Assembly: GCA_002257235.1 (NCBI GenBank)
Contig: NCGZ01000007.1
Coordinates: forward strand, 1-51,526
From: Alphaproteobacteria bacterium 16-39-46
GTDB lineage: Bacteria > Pseudomonadota > Alphaproteobacteria > 16-39-46
Reading direction: 5' to 3'
DNA length: 51,526 nt
The translations under genes and the position numbers were made by a program. This document shows positions 47,953 to 51,526 of this stretch, in pieces; the first letter of the stretch is position 1, and each line of letters starts with the position of its first letter. A model generated the notes under the pieces. It ran no database searches and had not been told where the DNA came from. It saw only the letters and a program-made list of their open reading frames with translations.

Positions 47953-49455
47953 GGTAGTGTAAGAATGTTTCTGTAAATTCAAAAAATAAAGGTATTCAGG
48001 TGACAGTCCATGAATTATTCTTTTTAGACGATTCAAACCTAAAAGGAGAATACAATGAACTGCCAAGAAAAAGATAACAATATTGAACGCGTAATGAAAC
48101 ATTTAAATGAAGAAGGGCTGGATGGAATGGGAAATGCCATTCAAATTCTTATCAATACTGCTATGCAAATAGAGCGACAAAGGCATCTTGGAGCGTCTTC
48201 CTATGAAAGGACAGAAGATCGCTTAGGCTATTCCAATGGCTTTAAATCAAAAACCGTTCAAACCCGCGTTGGAGCTTTAAATTTTAAAGTTCCCCAAGTT
48301 CGTGACAGCAGTTTTTATCCTTCTTCTTTAGACAAAGGCATTAGATCCGAGCGTGCTTTAAGAGTGGCTATCGCAGAGATGTACTTTCAAGGGGTATCAA
48401 CCCGTAAAGTCTCTTTTGTTATGGAAGAGCTTTGTGGATTAGATATAACGTCGACCCAAGTCAGCAGAGCGGCAGCATCTTTAGATCAAGAGTTTGAGCT
48501 TTGGAGGAATCGTCCTTTAGGTCGATATCCTTATGTTTTTTTTGACGCACGCTATGAGTCCATACGTCATGGAGGATGTGTTATTAAATGTGCCGTTTTA
48601 ACAGCTATTGGAATTACACCAGAAGGCCAAAGAGAAGTTTTAGGCGTTTCTATTGCTCTTTCAGAAGCTGAGATTCATTGGTGTAACTTCTTTAAAAGTC
48701 TTCAAGCACGAGGTCTTCATGGAATAGAACTTACCGTCAGTGATGATCATGCTGGGCTCAAGGCTGCACGTCAGGCTTTTTTTCCTTCTATTCCCTGGCA
48801 ACGCTGTCAGTTTCATCTGCAACAAAATGCACAAGCTTATGTTCCTAAAAAAGACTTGAAGAAAAAAGTTGCTGCAACCATTCGGAATATTTTTAATGCT
48901 CCTAACCGTCAGGAGGCAGAGCGTCTTTTAAATATATCCATTGAGAGTTACAAAAAAGAGGCTCCCCTTTTATCTGAGTGGATGTATCAAAATTTAACGG
49001 AAGGCTTTACTATTTTTGATTTTCCTCAAAACCATCAAAAATATGTGAGGACTTCAAACATTTCTGAACGCCTTAATAAAGAAATTAAAAGAAGAACTCG
49101 GGTAGCAACTATTTTCCCGAATGTCGCTTCTTGTTTGAGACTTGTTACTGCTGTTGTTCTGGAAATTTCAGAAGAATGGACGATGAGTAAAGCTTACTTA
49201 AGCCAAAAGGAGTAATCAAAGACCGTCATTTGAATACATTTTTTCTCTGCAATCCCCTTTCTTTCATTTGTGACAAGCGAGTTCGGGGAAATCTGCATTT
49301 TTTCCAGAAAAAAAGAATCTTTTTCTGTCAAAAATTCGATTTGAAAAAAGAAATAGATTTTTAGAAAAGAAAATCTTTTAGATTTCTTATTTTTTAGAAA
49401 TTTTTTTTAACAAAGAGGGGAAAATTCGAAAGTACAGAAAGGATGTTGCTTTATC
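47953..49455 (+). mobile_element. IS256 family element
   Basis: Imperfect terminal IRs sharing TTTCTGTA (ggtagtgtaagaatgtttctgta vs reverse complement gataaagcaacatcctttctgta); no direct repeat seen. Confidence 0.7.
48055..49215 (+). CDS. IS256 (Mutator) transposase, apparently intact
   Basis: NGFK...VPQVR, GVSTRKV, FFDA, SDDH.GL, QRCQFH, RTSN..ER.NKEIKRR. Confidence 0.95.
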   Translation: MNCQEKDNNIERVMKHLNEEGLDGMGNAIQILINTAMQIERQRHLGASSYERTEDRLGYSNGFKSKTVQTRVGALNFKVPQVRDSSFYPSSLDKGIRSERALRVAIAEMYFQGVSTRKVSFVMEELCGLDITSTQVSRAAASLDQEFELWRNRPLGRYPYVFFDARYESIRHGGCVIKCAVLTAIGITPEGQREVLGVSIALSEAEIHWCNFFKSLQARGLHGIELTVSDDHAGLKAARQAFFPSIPWQRCQFHLQQNAQAYVPKKDLKKKVAATIRNIFNAPNRQEAERLLNISIESYKKEAPLLSEWMYQNLTEGFTIFDFPQNHQKYVRTSNISERLNKEIKRRTRVATIFPNVASCLRLVTAVVLEISEEWTMSKAYLSQKE

Positions 49456-49538
49456 GAAAGGAGATTCCTTAAACTCAGGTAACAAGCTGATTTAAGGATG
49501 GTTCCTGATTCAACGAAACCGGCCTTCACCGCCTTTAA

Positions 49539-50467
49539 CGATGTTGTTCTCCAGTAACGGAGGGCGTAGTCCTTTTCAGAATAATTATTGTGAGCCCAAA
49601 GTTACAGGAAAACAAAATGTTCCAATGACCGGCCAGCCTCTTCTCCTTTTAGATCTGAAATTGAAACTTTCTTAATATAATTGGCAACGCCAACATCAAA
49701 AAGGTAAAACTTTGGCGTTGCATGGAGTGCGACTCTTTTAGAGCGTTTAAAATAAGGGTGAAGATGATACCCTACCAGAGTGTCTTCTAAAATCTGGTAA
49801 TACTCTTTGACGGTTTTGGAGTCGATATGGCAGTCACGTGCAATATTCGAATAATTTACCAGTTCTCCATGACTAAAGCGTAAACTTCCCATAAATCGTA
49901 TAAAATAGGGGAGGTTTCTCACGAGACCTTCTGTTTGGATTTCATGGGTGAGATAATCTTCAACATATGATTTTAGAAAGCGCTTCGGGTTTGACGATAA
50001 ATAATGCGTTGGAATAAGGCCATGGGAGAACACGCGTAACAAATCAAGATCTGGAACTTCTGCGCTGACGAGGGGAAATAAATTAAACTTCCAAGCGCAT
50101 CACCCAACATATTAACGCCTGATCGTCTCACTTTGCGGGCGCTCGACCCACAGAGAACAAACTGATACTGACTTGATTCAATAATATAATCTATTTCATC
50201 AAGGATTTCTGGTATTTTTTGGACTTCGTCGACGATGATGACGCCGTGTCTTGGGCCTTGTTCAAGCTCTTCTCTGAACCTATGAGGCTCACTTGAATAT
50301 TTGAAGTACGCATCTGACTTTAAAAAATCGTATTGGATGGCGTCTGGAAACCGTACTTTCAAGAGCGTAGATTTTCCCGTCTTTCGTGCTCCCCACAAAA
50401 AAGCTGACTGATTTCCGGCTAAATCAATACTTAACAACCGTTTAAACTGAATCAAAATGGACCTCAC
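49539..50467 (-). pseudogene. AAA_14/DUF4143-type ATP-binding protein, disrupted
   Basis: GARKTGKST, VDEVQK, GSSAR. Frameshift near 50100 (restores AWKFNLFPL), TAA at 49602-49604, and homology ends after YWRTTS. Confidence 0.85.
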
Positions 50468-50481
50468 TCCTAATAAATAGA

Positions 50482-50509
50482 ATCTATTCGGAGTACGGTC
50501 CGAATAGAT
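50482..50509. promoter_or_regulatory. Perfect 11-bp inverted repeat immediately upstream of the ATPase pseudogene (operator-like)
   Basis: ATCTATTCGGA-gtacgg-TCCGAATAGAT. Confidence 0.55.
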
Positions 50510-50599
50510 ATTAATGTAAAGAGGTTATAGAGATTTTTGGGGGTGAAAAGTAGACGTGGAAAATACATGATTTAAACAGAAAAGGTGCCTTTTATTCTT

Positions 50600-51316
50600 T
50601 TATTTTGACTTAAAAGCTGATTCAGGAAGGCGATAACGGGTTTTTACCAAAGAGATAGGCTTTTCTCTTTTGACCCAACCTCCGGTTTTGAGATCTTTGG
50701 TAAATTCAATTTGGTCAGAAGCGTAATATACATAACGATCTTTATCATAATAGCGTTTTGAGTGGCTTATGTTCACGACGGAGGGCGTAAAGCCATATGA
50801 TTCTTGAGCTGACTCTCCCTTTTCTACCGATTTTTTGGAAGAGAGAGGAGAGGATGATACTGCTATTTCTGCCACGGTGCCTTTCTTGTGGATTTGAACA
50901 CAGTGTTTTGGGGTGGAGTGTGACGTGTGGACGCTCACCTTATTATAGGCTTGTATTTGGCTTATTTTATCACTTTGAGAGGGCGTTTCAAAAATACCAT
51001 TTCCATCTGGGTCCCAAGTAAAATCTACTTTTCGTGAAGATGGAAAGCCGTTTTCATCGAGTGTTGTAAGTACGACTGTGTTTTGTTCTAAAAATGACCT
51101 AGAAGGAGCTTCATCTTGCGTCAAAGCAATTATAGTTGAAGAGGGGTCATTATGACTCCTAAAATATGCTGAGTTTGATTCAAGATTAGAAGTCTCAAGA
51201 GGGCGGAACCTCATATCAGCGTAAATAACTGGCTCATCATTGGCACACGTGAAATCTGCCGCATAAAAAAGAAGAAAAAGAGAAAAGAAGACGAAAAGAT
51301 ATTTTTTGGAGGTCAT
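50600..51316 (-). CDS. Exported PNPOx-like protein, copy 2
   Basis: Signal peptide similar to copy 1 (KKYLFVF.SLF.L); LTTLDENGFPSSRKV...T..QS.KI.QI....KVS. Confidence 0.6.
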   Translation of the reverse strand: MTSKKYLFVFFSLFLLFYAADFTCANDEPVIYADMRFRPLETSNLESNSAYFRSHNDPSSTIIALTQDEAPSRSFLEQNTVVLTTLDENGFPSSRKVDFTWDPDGNGIFETPSQSDKISQIQAYNKVSVHTSHSTPKHCVQIHKKGTVAEIAVSSSPLSSKKSVEKGESAQESYGFTPSVVNISHSKRYYDKDRYVYYASDQIEFTKDLKTGGWVKREKPISLVKTRYRLPESAFKSK

Positions 51317-51378
51317 TATGGAAAGTCCTTTATTTGATTGGTTATTATTGAACTTTTTTGCTTTTTAAGAAAGCAAAC

Positions 51379-51429
51379 TTTCATGAAGTTTAAAAGAAAG
51401 CCTGAAAGAGTCAAGAGATAAAAATTTAG
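51379..51429. repeat. 51-bp exact repeat of 47571-47621, upstream of both PNPOx-like genes
   Basis: tttcatgaagtttaaaagaaagcctgaaagagtcaagagataaaaatttag at both sites. Confidence 0.95.
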
Positions 51430-51526
51430 TGTAAGAGTTCATAACAAATGAGACAAAATTCAAGCAGCCTGAAGAGAGGAATTTTGAATATACTGCAAAG
51501 GAGTGAGACCTTTCAAGTTCCGATGT

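Noticed and set aside
51430-51526. Possible IS end where the leader homology stops abruptly
   Set aside because: The window ends here; no transposase or partner IR is visible.

Overview
AT-rich alphaproteobacterial chromosome segment. Gene order, FzlA, the alpha/beta-hydrolase-iscR-iscS-iscS-iscU-iscA-hscB-hscA block and the many transporters suggest a Holosporales/Rickettsiales-like endosymbiont (inference). Housekeeping blocks (LPS glycosyltransferases-thrS-infC, rnd-hup, gshA-rsmE-ubiA-pmbA, slt, isc) alternate with accessory patches. The accessory content includes four AAA-ATPase/PD-(D/E)XK-type genes from three families (one pseudogene, one with a G10 tract, two flanked by palindromes or a tandem hairpin array). 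It also includes an internally deleted IS110/IS1111-type element whose ~715-bp 3' non-coding end carries a duplicated guide-RNA-like module, an internally deleted IS1380, an intact-looking IS256 and an orphan IS200/IS605 right end (omega-RNA-like). Several signal-peptide-bearing orphan proteins occur: a Cys-rich peptide, a DxD glycosyltransferase-like protein, a PRTase-like protein and two PNPOx-like paralogs in an old tandem duplication that also copied the hscA 3' end. A 13-bp x8 VNTR lies inside the isc operon. No CRISPR array, rRNA or tRNA was recognised. All family calls come from reading motifs by eye; no database searches were run.
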